A DNA stretch of 64,000 nucleotides from Chitinophagales bacterium (GTDB taxonomy: Bacteria > Bacteroidota > Bacteroidia > Chitinophagales > BACL12), in NCBI GenBank assembly GCA_019694895.1, contig JAIBBA010000001.1, positions 13,403-77,402 of the forward strand. Direction: 5' to 3'. Numbering within the stretch: the stretch's first letter is position 1; the number at the start of each line of letters is the position of its first letter. Under the pieces are notes generated by a model. It searched no databases and was not told the DNA's origin. It saw only the letters and a program-made list of their open reading frames with translations. Shown one piece after another: positions 52,525 through 62,072 of this stretch. The position numbers and the translations under genes are program-made.

Positions 52525-54681
52525 ATGTTTATGAAAGCAGTTTCCTTTTTTGTTTTAGCCATTTGCCTGACAGTTAAATTTTTATATAGTCAGGCCCCGG
52601 GTATATTATGGCAAAACACGCTTCAGGGGAGTAAATCAGATTTGCCATATTCTGTTGTCAATGCTGCCGATGGGGCGTATTTCATATCCGGTATTTCGAA
52701 TTCGGAATCTTCACCTGATAAAAGTGAAAATAATAAGGGTGAATTTGATTATTACGATTATTGGGTTGTGAAAATGAGCAATTCCGGTTATGTGTTATGG
52801 GAGAACACAATTGGAGGTAAACGCGATGAAACAAATTCAGTTGTTTGCAGCACACCTGATGGCGGTTGTATTGTTGGAGGTACTTCGCAATCTACAGCAA
52901 CCGGTGATAAAACAGAGACGAGTATAGGGGGAGAAGGTGATGTAGATTTTTGGGTGTTAAAACTTGACGCATCCGGTAATATTTCCTGGCAAAATACAAT
53001 AGGAGGAACAGGATCTGATCAGATGCGTAATATATTAGCTACTGAAGATGGTGGATTTCTTTTGATTGGTGAATCAAATTCTAATTCAGGATTTGACAAG
53101 TCTGAGAATGGTTTCGGTGGATATGATTTTTGGGTTGTCAAAATTGATGCTATGGGAACAGTAGTATGGAATAAAACCTATGGCGGCAATTTGGATGATC
53201 TACCATTAAGTATTTTTCAAACGACCGATGACAATTATATCATTGCCGGATCCTCCACATCCGGTGTATCCGGAAATAAAACCACGCCCAATAAAGGAAA
53301 CAGTGATTTTTGGGTGATTAAGATTGATAATGTTGGCAATGTGTTGTGGCAACGTTCTTATGGCACTTCAAAATTGGACCATTTTTCAGATGCGGAACAA
53401 ACGATTGATGGAGGCATCATATTGGTCGGATATACAAACGCAGGTATAACCGGAGATAAAACGGTGGCGACATTTGGAATGAACGATTATTGGGTAATTA
53501 AGACGAATGCAATAGGCGATATTCAATGGCAGCTCGGCGCAGGTGGTAACAAGGATGACTGGGCAGATGCCGTTTCTATTAGTAATTCAGGTAACATTTA
53601 TATTGGTGGCAGCTCAATGTCCGGTGTATCCGGAAATAAAACTGTTGCATCGCTTGGAGGAACATTTGATAGTTGGATATTAAAACTAGATGCATCAGGA
53701 AATATAGTTTGGCAGAAGGACATCCAAGGAAATGACAGCGACTATTTTGGAGATATGGTGGTAAATGATGAAAATGAGCTGGTTGCCGCCGTATATTCAT
53801 TCTCGTCAAATTCTAATGACAAATTTGAGCCTTGGTATGGACTTTACGACTACTGGATATTCAAATTATCAGATACCTGTAACGCCGAATTTTGCAATGG
53901 TATGGACGATGATTGTGATGGGTTGATAGATGATGCAACAATGGACACTATTTATATTGCAGCTAATGAAGGCACTTCCTGTTGCGCAGGCGGTAATGTT
54001 AAATTGCAAGCATATCATAGTTCCGGTACTATTCAGTGGCTAAGAAACGGTAATCCTATCCCGGGAGCAACCGGCGATATCTATTTTGCCACAAAAAAGG
54101 GAAATTATTCCTGTAAATTAAATATTGCATGCGAATTGGTAACATCTAACATTATTGAGGTCAAAGTTTATAAATACCCTGTAGGAAACATTGTTGCCGA
54201 TGGTCCGACAACTTTTTGTGATGGTGATAGTGTAGTTCTTTCATGTACGAACTTGCCTGAAGAAGATTATACTTATCAATGGTATAATGGAATGGCATTT
54301 ATTCCGGGTGCTTTAGGCAGCACATTGACAGTTTTCGAGCCGGGAACGTATAAATGTCTCGTAATTCGTAATGTAGGAGGGTGTGGCGATTTTTCTAATA
54401 TTATAGATGTGCATGTTACTTGTAAAACTTCTTCCGAACTTTCAGAATTGCAAATTGCTCCCAATCCGTCAAATGGAAAATTTACCTGCTCGGTAGATCC
54501 TGAATTTGGACAAATTCAACAGTGCAAGATAGTTGATGTTGCAGGTCAAGTTGTATACAACGTCCTATTAAATGGGGGAGCCGATTTTACAATTGACACG
54601 AGTCTTCCAACCGGAATATACCAGGTATTGATATTCAATGACTATGGCGAAATGCAGTCTAAACCACTCGTGATTGAGTAG
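52525..54681 (+). CDS. T9SS C-terminal-sorting-domain secreted repeat protein
   Basis: Signal peptide. Six and a half ~60-aa repeats with core D[YF]W[VI][VIL]K[LI]D..G...W (for example DFWVLKLDASGNISWQNTIGG). Cys-rich CNAEFCNGMDDDCDGLIDD motif. Ig-like Cys-containing modules. C-terminal IAPNPSNGKF...GIYQVLIF CTD. Confidence 0.8.
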   Translation: MFMKAVSFFVLAICLTVKFLYSQAPGILWQNTLQGSKSDLPYSVVNAADGAYFISGISNSESSPDKSENNKGEFDYYDYWVVKMSNSGYVLWENTIGGKRDETNSVVCSTPDGGCIVGGTSQSTATGDKTETSIGGEGDVDFWVLKLDASGNISWQNTIGGTGSDQMRNILATEDGGFLLIGESNSNSGFDKSENGFGGYDFWVVKIDAMGTVVWNKTYGGNLDDLPLSIFQTTDDNYIIAGSSTSGVSGNKTTPNKGNSDFWVIKIDNVGNVLWQRSYGTSKLDHFSDAEQTIDGGIILVGYTNAGITGDKTVATFGMNDYWVIKTNAIGDIQWQLGAGGNKDDWADAVSISNSGNIYIGGSSMSGVSGNKTVASLGGTFDSWILKLDASGNIVWQKDIQGNDSDYFGDMVVNDENELVAAVYSFSSNSNDKFEPWYGLYDYWIFKLSDTCNAEFCNGMDDDCDGLIDDATMDTIYIAANEGTSCCAGGNVKLQAYHSSGTIQWLRNGNPIPGATGDIYFATKKGNYSCKLNIACELVTSNIIEVKVYKYPVGNIVADGPTTFCDGDSVVLSCTNLPEEDYTYQWYNGMAFIPGALGSTLTVFEPGTYKCLVIRNVGGCGDFSNIIDVHVTCKTSSELSELQIAPNPSNGKFTCSVDPEFGQIQQCKIVDVAGQVVYNVLLNGGADFTIDTSLPTGIYQVLIFNDYGEMQSKPLVIE

Positions 54682-54684
54682 AGT

Positions 54685-57144
54685 TTATTCCTTCACCTTT
54701 CCGATCCTGGTGTCTTCCCATTCAGTCCAGAGTCTGGAATTATAATATGCTTTTATCATAGCGGCATATTCAGGATTGCTCTTGTATGCCATCAGCAGGT
54801 TTCTTGCCGGAGATGATAATCGGTGATTGGTGCTCACAAGTGCATTGAATAAATTCGCAACTAACTCAGGATCGCAATAATTGCGATTGCTGATGGCATT
54901 GAATGCTGCCACACGGGTTCTGAATTCATATTGAGGGCTCGTGAATTTAATCAATTCGCTCATCGTGCCATTATTGTTATCCTTATTTTGCAATTCCAGC
55001 CAGGCCACGCGAATGTTATTTGTTGCTCCAAATTGTCCGGCTGTTTTTTGTAAATATTCTGAAGTTTGTTTTGGGTAATAATCACATAGCTTACGAAGTG
55101 CTAATTCAATATTCACATAATTATCGTCCTTTAAAAGTGTTTCGATATCCTTTCTCAGCTTTTCATTATCCTTGTTCCAATTTACTACCACCGATCTTCT
55201 TACAAGAGGGTCTGTATCATAAATTGCATTTTTTAAGGCTGCTACAGTTGCCTTATCATTGTCGCTGCTTAATTGTCGAATGATTTCTATCCTGATATTA
55301 TTAAATTTCTCTTTTTTCAATAGTGCCAGCAATGTTACTCTCTTTACTTCAATCGGCGTTTCGGTCATTGCGGATATCGCCTCATATCTGTCGATCATAT
55401 TTGGCGCATTAAACGCCTGATAGGTGAGCTCGTTAAAGGATTTATCAAAAACTACTTTCGACAATACCATATGATTCGGATCGAAAAGTACAAAAAGCAC
55501 TTGCTTGTGTTCCGGATTCTGAATGGTGATATCCTGTGCAGCATTTTTGATTACCACCAACTGATCATCAAAACTTCCGTCCATATAGTGAATCTGAATA
55601 TGAATCGGCATATTGAACAAGTGCACCGTTTCATTTGTTTGCTGGGTTTGTGAAACATGCACTACGGTAGCATTTTCGGTTGTATCATATTTCACGGTAT
55701 AAACCGGGAATCCGGCTCTATATAACCATTCATCAAAAAACCAATCCATATTCATTCCCAATGAGCGCATAAATTGCATTTGAAAATCTTGTGTACTTAC
55801 ATTCGCATAAGGATAGCGTTCTAGGAATTCCTGAATGGCCACATTAAATGCCTGGTCACCAACAACATATCTCAGCATATCAATTACAAAACTGCCTTTT
55901 TGATATACGCGCTGTGAGCCTGCTTCAGAATGCGCAATTGGAATATTATCTCTGCTGTCTGCATCTAAAGCAGTCAGCATCTCTTCGCGTCTTTTCCAGT
56001 CATAATAATCATCGCCGTTAATATGTTGGGCAAAATGCTTCGAGAAATATGTTGCGAAACTCTCCTGCAACCAGTGACTGGATCCGCTCCATGCAGTTAC
56101 GTAATCGCCAAACCATTGATGTGTTAATTCGTGTGCATTGATTTCGATATATTGTTTATCAGGATTGCTAGCAGGGCGTTGATAGAAGAAATCGCTGAAA
56201 ATAGTAGCGGTGGTATTTTCCATGGCGCCATATAAAAATTCCTGTACGGGAACATTTGCATAAGTAGACCATGGATATTTTAATCCGGTGGCCTGTTGCA
56301 TCCAATCCATTAATTCGGCAGTATACCGATAAGTGTTTTCAGCATATTCTTTCGTTCCGGGATAATAATATTGGCGTGTAGTGATACCATTTTTAGAAGT
56401 GAATTCCATCACATCGTATTTGCCTATAGCCAACATGACAAGATATAGTGCATGAGGATGTGGCATAGCATATCGCCATGTTTTAGTGCCATCAGCATTC
56501 GCGCTTACATTTTTTAGATTGCCATTTGATACAACTGTATATGTGGAGTCAAACGTTATATGCATCATGGTGAGGAGCTTGTCATTCACTCCGTCGTAAG
56601 AAGGAATCCAAAATCTGTTATCTACGCCTTGACCTTGTGTCCAAATTTGTTTTCTAATGATAGTAGGATCATTCGGATTATCAGTTGAAGCAACATTCCA
56701 ACCATTGAAATAGATACCTTTTTTAGGGTTCGCATCGTAGATGATGGCCATATTATGTACTGCTTCTCGTATTAGTGGTGGGTTGAAGTAAACAGTGATA
56801 CCGGCGCTATCCATTTTGAATTTAGTAGCATTGTTGTCAAGCGAAATTTCCTGCACTCTGATGCCAGGTCCATCAAGAAATACTGAATCAACAGTTGGCT
56901 CGAGCGCAGTGAAAGCGTATCGAGCAATGCCGCTTACCAATCCGTCTTCCGGTGCAAACTTCACATCTAGGTCAAGGGAAATAAAATCTACATTGTGTTC
57001 GCGAATGCTTCCACCTTGGTCAGGTAGGTAGCAATTAAATGTAGTATTCTGAGCGTTTATGCTTAAGGTGCTGCATATTGCCATGGCAACGAATGAAAAC
57101 AAAGAAAATACCGGCTTCTTCATCAGGTAAAAATAATTCTTCAC
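54685..57144 (-). CDS. M1-family zinc aminopeptidase with C-terminal HEAT-like region
   Basis: Signal peptide, exopeptidase motif GAMEN (LYGAMENTTA), zinc motif HELTHQWFGD plus the downstream Glu (WLQESFATY). Confidence 0.92.
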   Translation of the reverse strand: MKNYFYLMKKPVFSLFSFVAMAICSTLSINAQNTTFNCYLPDQGGSIREHNVDFISLDLDVKFAPEDGLVSGIARYAFTALEPTVDSVFLDGPGIRVQEISLDNNATKFKMDSAGITVYFNPPLIREAVHNMAIIYDANPKKGIYFNGWNVASTDNPNDPTIIRKQIWTQGQGVDNRFWIPSYDGVNDKLLTMMHITFDSTYTVVSNGNLKNVSANADGTKTWRYAMPHPHALYLVMLAIGKYDVMEFTSKNGITTRQYYYPGTKEYAENTYRYTAELMDWMQQATGLKYPWSTYANVPVQEFLYGAMENTTATIFSDFFYQRPASNPDKQYIEINAHELTHQWFGDYVTAWSGSSHWLQESFATYFSKHFAQHINGDDYYDWKRREEMLTALDADSRDNIPIAHSEAGSQRVYQKGSFVIDMLRYVVGDQAFNVAIQEFLERYPYANVSTQDFQMQFMRSLGMNMDWFFDEWLYRAGFPVYTVKYDTTENATVVHVSQTQQTNETVHLFNMPIHIQIHYMDGSFDDQLVVIKNAAQDITIQNPEHKQVLFVLFDPNHMVLSKVVFDKSFNELTYQAFNAPNMIDRYEAISAMTETPIEVKRVTLLALLKKEKFNNIRIEIIRQLSSDNDKATVAALKNAIYDTDPLVRRSVVVNWNKDNEKLRKDIETLLKDDNYVNIELALRKLCDYYPKQTSEYLQKTAGQFGATNNIRVAWLELQNKDNNNGTMSELIKFTSPQYEFRTRVAAFNAISNRNYCDPELVANLFNALVSTNHRLSSPARNLLMAYKSNPEYAAMIKAYYNSRLWTEWEDTRIGKVKE

Positions 57145-57168
57145 CCCCGCCTCAACAAATAAGGTTTG

Positions 57169-58206
57169 TTAACGGAAAGTGCGTTGCACATCGGCTGGTG
57201 CGGGAATTCCTGTGTTATGAAGAATATCATCCAACAGAATATGTGCATAATAAGGTGCCAGAAGGCTTCCTTTTGTTCCCAGGCCATTGAGAATATGCAG
57301 GCTTTTGTGAAGTGGATGTGTGCCAACAACAGGGGTTCTGTCGCGCATGGTTGGCCGCAACCCGGCTCTGTGTGCAATGATTTTGTAAGGAAGATTGAGC
57401 ATATCGCGTAACCCTTCAGTCAATTCATCCAGTTTGGCTTGAGTAGGATCATATGTGGCATCCGTAAAATCATTGCTGGCACCTATCCAATAGATATCTG
57501 AGCCGAATGGTACAATAAACACCTTTTTTTGGAGTATCACATTCGATTTCAAATGTGGAATATGTGCTATCAGGCATTCACCCTTAGCAGGCCATAAACT
57601 GATATGTCCAAACCATGGATTTTGCATTACACGGGAGCCTTCACAAAATACAATATGCCTATATTTTTCACCTTTCCATGTGATATGGTCATCATGGACT
57701 TCCAATTCAGCATAGTTAATTGATTCTTTCATACAATTTTCAGCATATATCTTCCGAAAAGCATTCATCATTGCAGTAGTATCTACGCGTTTTGCTTTCG
57801 GAATTTGTATGGCCCCAAATCGGTGATCCAGGTGTTTCTGCCATACATGTTGCTCAGCATCTTCACTCACCCAAGTCATTGTTTCAGGTGTTTTCCCTGC
57901 CATCAGCCAGGCTTCAAGGGCTTCTTCACTTTTATGCATTTTCCATATGCCGGAATGATGCAAAATACTTGTTTCCAATTGCCTCTCCATGGCAGCATAT
58001 ATGCGTTCTGCAAATGGCAATAATACTTCTATATGCCATTGCGGTTTATATTTTCTTCCGGTAATAGGATTTATTATACCGGCTGAAATATTTGTAGCGT
58101 TTTCTTCAAAAGGGTCAACAAGCACAAATGAACATTTACGTTGCATTGCTGCAAACGCTGTATGCATACCGGCATGACCGCCACCTATGATGAGAAAATC
58201 AATCAC
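57169..58206 (-). CDS. FAD-dependent oxidoreductase (DAO family), probable stand-alone MnmC oxidase-domain equivalent
   Basis: N-terminal dinucleotide-binding IIGGGHAGM and DAO-like length. It lies 14 nt downstream of mnmD. The functional assignment is by gene context only. Confidence 0.65.
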   Translation of the reverse strand: MIDFLIIGGGHAGMHTAFAAMQRKCSFVLVDPFEENATNISAGIINPITGRKYKPQWHIEVLLPFAERIYAAMERQLETSILHHSGIWKMHKSEEALEAWLMAGKTPETMTWVSEDAEQHVWQKHLDHRFGAIQIPKAKRVDTTAMMNAFRKIYAENCMKESINYAELEVHDDHITWKGEKYRHIVFCEGSRVMQNPWFGHISLWPAKGECLIAHIPHLKSNVILQKKVFIVPFGSDIYWIGASNDFTDATYDPTQAKLDELTEGLRDMLNLPYKIIAHRAGLRPTMRDRTPVVGTHPLHKSLHILNGLGTKGSLLAPYYAHILLDDILHNTGIPAPADVQRTFR

Positions 58207-58220
58207 AGGTCAAAAATAAA

Positions 58221-58889
58221 TCAGATTTTTATCGCACGCAGCATTTCGCGTTTTCCCGGAGGTCCGGGTAGCCGTTCTACTTTGAATCCTGCCGATTGCA
58301 TAGCTCTGCGAACATCTCCTTTAGCACAATAGGTTACTAAAATACCGCCGGAATGCATGAGGTTGAACAGGTTGACGAAATGTTCTTGCTTCCACATATC
58401 GGGCTGCACTCCGGGAGCAAAGGCGTCGAAATATATGAGATGATATTTGCTATTGGAGGTAAAATCCGACAGGGTGTCACGATATTTTATCAAGGTAAAC
58501 CGTTCGTGTAATACTGCCGCTTTCTCCCAAGGGACTTGGTGTAATGCATGAAAATACGCTGCACCTTCACCGAGTTGTTCTAAATGTGCAGAGGTAAATG
58601 CTGAAAGTATTTCATTGGCGGGAGGAAATGGCTCTATGGCGTGATAAGTTACATCAACCTGATTATGTATGACAGCATTTAATGTCAGCAGCAAATTAAA
58701 TCCTGTACCTAGGCCTACTTCGAGTATGGAAAGCGATGCATTATTTATTGCAGCTTCATCAAATCCGGCGCGAATAAATACATGCATAGATTCCTGAACA
58801 GCGCCGTGCACTGAATGATAATGTTCATTTAATTCAGGAACAAAAATTGTTGGTGATCCATCGGCCGTAATGACAAGAGTAGACCTCAT
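58221..58889 (-). CDS. mnmD: tRNA (5-methylaminomethyl-2-thiouridine) methyltransferase MnmD (DUF752, MnmC methyltransferase-domain type)
   Basis: TADGSPTIFVPELNEHYHSVHGAVQES, SAM motif ILEVGLGTGFN, YFDAFAPGVQPDMW, and the C-terminal GFKVERLPGPPGKREMLRA are typical of the family. Confidence 0.85.
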   Translation of the reverse strand: MRSTLVITADGSPTIFVPELNEHYHSVHGAVQESMHVFIRAGFDEAAINNASLSILEVGLGTGFNLLLTLNAVIHNQVDVTYHAIEPFPPANEILSAFTSAHLEQLGEGAAYFHALHQVPWEKAAVLHERFTLIKYRDTLSDFTSNSKYHLIYFDAFAPGVQPDMWKQEHFVNLFNLMHSGGILVTYCAKGDVRRAMQSAGFKVERLPGPPGKREMLRAIKI

Positions 58890-59614
58890 GTTCGGGGTTT
58901 ATCGTCTACTATGGTATATGTAATTTCAATGGGCTCATGTTCATGAGGTATCATTTCATCATCATCTTCAGGATCGTCTTCTAAAATAATCGGTGCCGGT
59001 CTGTCGACATTTCTAAAATAGAAGGCTGCTACAAATCCGCATACAGCACCCATCGCATGGCCTTCCCACGATATTTTAAAATCGATAGGAAACATTCCCC
59101 AAACAATACTGCCATATAAAAACACCACAAATAAGGAAAGCGCTATTGCTTGCAAATTTTTACGAAATACGCCACTGAAGAAAATGAAAAATGCCATACC
59201 ATAAATTAAACCGCTGGCACCAATATGATAATTCTCTCGACCTGTAAGCCACAGCAATAATCCACCGGCAAGATAAATGAATACAAATGCTTTAAATGCT
59301 ACCTTTCGATAATTGAAGATCATCAGAAATGACAGGATCAGAAAAGGTGCAGTATTGCTGATGAGATGTTGCCAATCGCCATGGATGAATGGTGAAAATA
59401 ATATACCGGGCAAGCCTTCAATATGTTTGGGCAAAATTCCATACTTGCCGAGGTCCATTCCTGTCACATACTCAAAGATGTGAACTATCCACATGATTGC
59501 TATAAAAACAACAGGCATGAAAATGCTGAGGAATAGCAATTTCTGTTCTTCATGCTTTTCCAGTTGCGGACTATTGTCGCCTGTAGATATATTCGTAAAT
59601 GAGAAAAAGGCCAT
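58886..59614 (-). CDS. rhomboid-family intramembrane serine protease
   Basis: Multi-TM protein with HLISN (HxxxN), catalytic GASGLIYG and a downstream His in WEGHAMGAVCG. ATG 59614 was chosen, 1 nt after the upstream stop. The stop overlaps the mnmD start (ATGA). Confidence 0.88.
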   Translation of the reverse strand: MAFFSFTNISTGDNSPQLEKHEEQKLLFLSIFMPVVFIAIMWIVHIFEYVTGMDLGKYGILPKHIEGLPGILFSPFIHGDWQHLISNTAPFLILSFLMIFNYRKVAFKAFVFIYLAGGLLLWLTGRENYHIGASGLIYGMAFFIFFSGVFRKNLQAIALSLFVVFLYGSIVWGMFPIDFKISWEGHAMGAVCGFVAAFYFRNVDRPAPIILEDDPEDDDEMIPHEHEPIEITYTIVDDKPRT

Positions 59615-59615
59615 A

Positions 59616-60233
59616 TTACTTTGACAGACAACGCTGAACAAAGCTCAGCAGTTCCTGTTGCAAAGGAATTGTTTTAGTTTGATTATACCAGTTCTGTAAA
59701 GATATGACGTAATCGTCATGTGGTATATTGTTGATTTTGGCGTCATCAACAATTTTCTGAGCATCGGCAGGCTTTGGTCCCCACCAGCCTAATTCTTCGC
59801 CGGTAAGCCTGTTAAAGGCTATCAGAACGGGAATGGAACGCGTATTCCGGAATTGGTACCGGTCGATGATGTCCGGATATTCATCGCGAAGGATGATGCG
59901 AAGGGGCACACCGATATGGTCGGCAATGCGACTTACAACAGGCAGGATTTGAGCGCCATCGCCACACCAGGTTTCCGTAATAGCCAGGAACTCGAGATTT
60001 TCAATGCCAAAAAGGGTGTCCCATTCAGGAAGCAGCTTCGTGGTTTTTATCAGGCGGTTAATGCGTTGGATATTGAGTTTAGTGGCATCAATGCGTGATT
60101 CGCTCTTCACAGGACCCGTTGTAGTGCCTTCAGCAACCATTTGTGCAGTCAGGGTCGTAAAGCCGGCAAAGTCATACACATTTGTCAGCGCGAAAGGGAT
60201 CTTTGTTTGTAGGTCGTTATCTGTGGCAATCAT
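59616..60233 (-). CDS. thioredoxin-fold family protein (single-Cys WCGDG type)
   Basis: LAITETWCGDGAQILPVVSRIA...LRIILRDEYPDIIDRY...RSIPVLIAF...WGPKP matches a ~200-aa thioredoxin-like family common in Bacteroidota. Confidence 0.8.
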   Translation of the reverse strand: MIATDNDLQTKIPFALTNVYDFAGFTTLTAQMVAEGTTTGPVKSESRIDATKLNIQRINRLIKTTKLLPEWDTLFGIENLEFLAITETWCGDGAQILPVVSRIADHIGVPLRIILRDEYPDIIDRYQFRNTRSIPVLIAFNRLTGEELGWWGPKPADAQKIVDDAKINNIPHDDYVISLQNWYNQTKTIPLQQELLSFVQRCLSK

Positions 60234-60357
60234 AATGCGTTCCGGTTAGTAGAACATCACAAAGGTGCAAAGCGTTCACGGGCGAAATGGTGATGTAGGT
60301 CACAGAGTGCCTTTGGTCACATAAGCCTATTCACATAGATTTTGATAATTTTGAGCG

Positions 60358-61419
60358 ATGTCATCTTTGCGTGCAGTAAAATATCTTGCCGGTTACAGCA
60401 TCCCGATCACAGCAGTGATTTCGATGAGCATGCATGGCATTGCTGTATTTATTACCCCATTTTATGCTTTTGTTTTCCTGGCTTTTTTGGAAATGATATT
60501 GCCTCCAGATCACAAAAATCTAAAGGCTATGGAGGCTGAATTGGCAAAGAAGGATAAGGTGTATGACATCCTGTTGTATTTTCATTTACCGGTTCAATTT
60601 GCAGTGCTTGTTTACTTTTTAATCCAAGTGAATGAGCAAGGTTTGGCAGGATATGAAATTGCAGGGCGCATCATTAGTATGGGCATTTGTTGTGGGGTGA
60701 TAGGGATCAATGTTGGGCACGAATTAGGCCATCGAGTAAATAAAACCGAGCAGCGCATGGCACAATTGTTATTGATGTCGTCGCTATATATGCACTTTTT
60801 TATTGAGCACAATAAAGGTCACCACAAGCGCGTATCAACTCCGGAAGATCCTTCTAGTGCGCGCATGCATGAGCCGATTTACTTCTTTTTCGTTCGCACT
60901 ATTATTTTTTCAATTCAAAGTGCCTGGCAAATTCAGTGTCAGGAACTTCGGGAGGCGGGAAGGAAAATTATTTCGGCACACAACACCTTATTAGTTTTTT
61001 TTATTGTTGAAACGATATTTGTACTTGCCATCGGATTTTTCATAGGTTGGGTGGTGATGAGCTATTTTCTGATAGCTGCAGGCATTGGTATATTATTATT
61101 AGAATCAGTGAATTATATTGAGCATTATGGGCTGCGTCGTCAATTAAAATCTTCGGGTTTATACGAGCGTGTGCAACCATGGCATTCATGGAACTCAGAT
61201 TTTGTGTTAGGAAGGGTAGTGTTGTATGAATTGACTCGCCATTCGGATCACCATTATCTTGCATCAAAAAAATATCAGACTTTAAACTATAGTGAGGAGG
61301 CCCCTCAATTACCTGCCGGTTATCCGGCAATGATTTTGCTTGCATTGATACCGCCATTATTTTTTCGTGTTATGCATCCACGAATCAAAGCATTGGAATT
61401 TCAACACTCAACAGTATAA
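60358..61419 (+). CDS. alkB: alkane 1-monooxygenase (AlkB, membrane di-iron hydroxylase/desaturase family)
   Basis: Histidine boxes HELGHR, EHNKGHH and LTRHSDHH, plus NYIEHYGL, and multiple TM segments. Confidence 0.9.
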   Translation: MSSLRAVKYLAGYSIPITAVISMSMHGIAVFITPFYAFVFLAFLEMILPPDHKNLKAMEAELAKKDKVYDILLYFHLPVQFAVLVYFLIQVNEQGLAGYEIAGRIISMGICCGVIGINVGHELGHRVNKTEQRMAQLLLMSSLYMHFFIEHNKGHHKRVSTPEDPSSARMHEPIYFFFVRTIIFSIQSAWQIQCQELREAGRKIISAHNTLLVFFIVETIFVLAIGFFIGWVVMSYFLIAAGIGILLLESVNYIEHYGLRRQLKSSGLYERVQPWHSWNSDFVLGRVVLYELTRHSDHHYLASKKYQTLNYSEEAPQLPAGYPAMILLALIPPLFFRVMHPRIKALEFQHSTV

Positions 61420-61428
61420 ATAGTTACT

Positions 61429-62034
61429 ATGTTCATCATTGGTATTGCCGGCGGGTCCGGTTCCGGAAAATCTACATTTGTGCGCAATCTGGTCAAACAA
61501 CTGGATGTTGATACAGTTTCGCTATTGATGCAGGATGCCTACTACAGACACATGCCTGAAATGCCGGAAGCAGAACGCAAGCAAATGAACTTCGATCATC
61601 CTGATGCGATAGAATGGGAACTATTGGCAGAGCATATGCAGACTTTGCAATCCGGAAATATCATCGCGCAGCCGCAATACAGTATGCTTACTTGTTTACG
61701 CGAGAATGAAACTACGCAGGTGAAGCCAAATAAGGTGCTTATTGTTGAAGGCATTCTGGTGCTTACTCAACCCATTGTTCGCGATTTGATGTCCCTCAAA
61801 ATATTTATTGATGCAGATGCTGATCACAGGTTCATGCGCGTAGTAAAGCGCGATATGGAAGAACGCGGACGGAATATAGACCAGGTGATGCAGCGTTATC
61901 TCAAAACGGTACGTCCTATGCATGAGACCTTTATTGAACCAAGCAAAAAACACGCCGATATTATTGTACCTATTGGTGGCGATAACCATGTTGCCATTGA
62001 TCTATTGACAGGGTATATCAGGTCGCGATTGTAG
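61429..62034 (+). CDS. udk: uridine kinase
   Basis: P-loop IIGIAGGSGSGKST, NFDHPDA, and full-length similarity to Udk. Confidence 0.95.
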   Translation: MFIIGIAGGSGSGKSTFVRNLVKQLDVDTVSLLMQDAYYRHMPEMPEAERKQMNFDHPDAIEWELLAEHMQTLQSGNIIAQPQYSMLTCLRENETTQVKPNKVLIVEGILVLTQPIVRDLMSLKIFIDADADHRFMRVVKRDMEERGRNIDQVMQRYLKTVRPMHETFIEPSKKHADIIVPIGGDNHVAIDLLTGYIRSRL

Positions 62035-62072
62035 AAGTCTTATTCAATTTGGTATCTTTAATTCCCGCTATC

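Noticed and set aside
54681-54685. Convergent gene ends with almost no spacer and no terminator, at 54681/54685 and 62669/62674.
   Set aside because: This is common in compact bacterial genomes. Convergent transcripts may terminate inside the opposing gene. There is nothing further to support a special mechanism.
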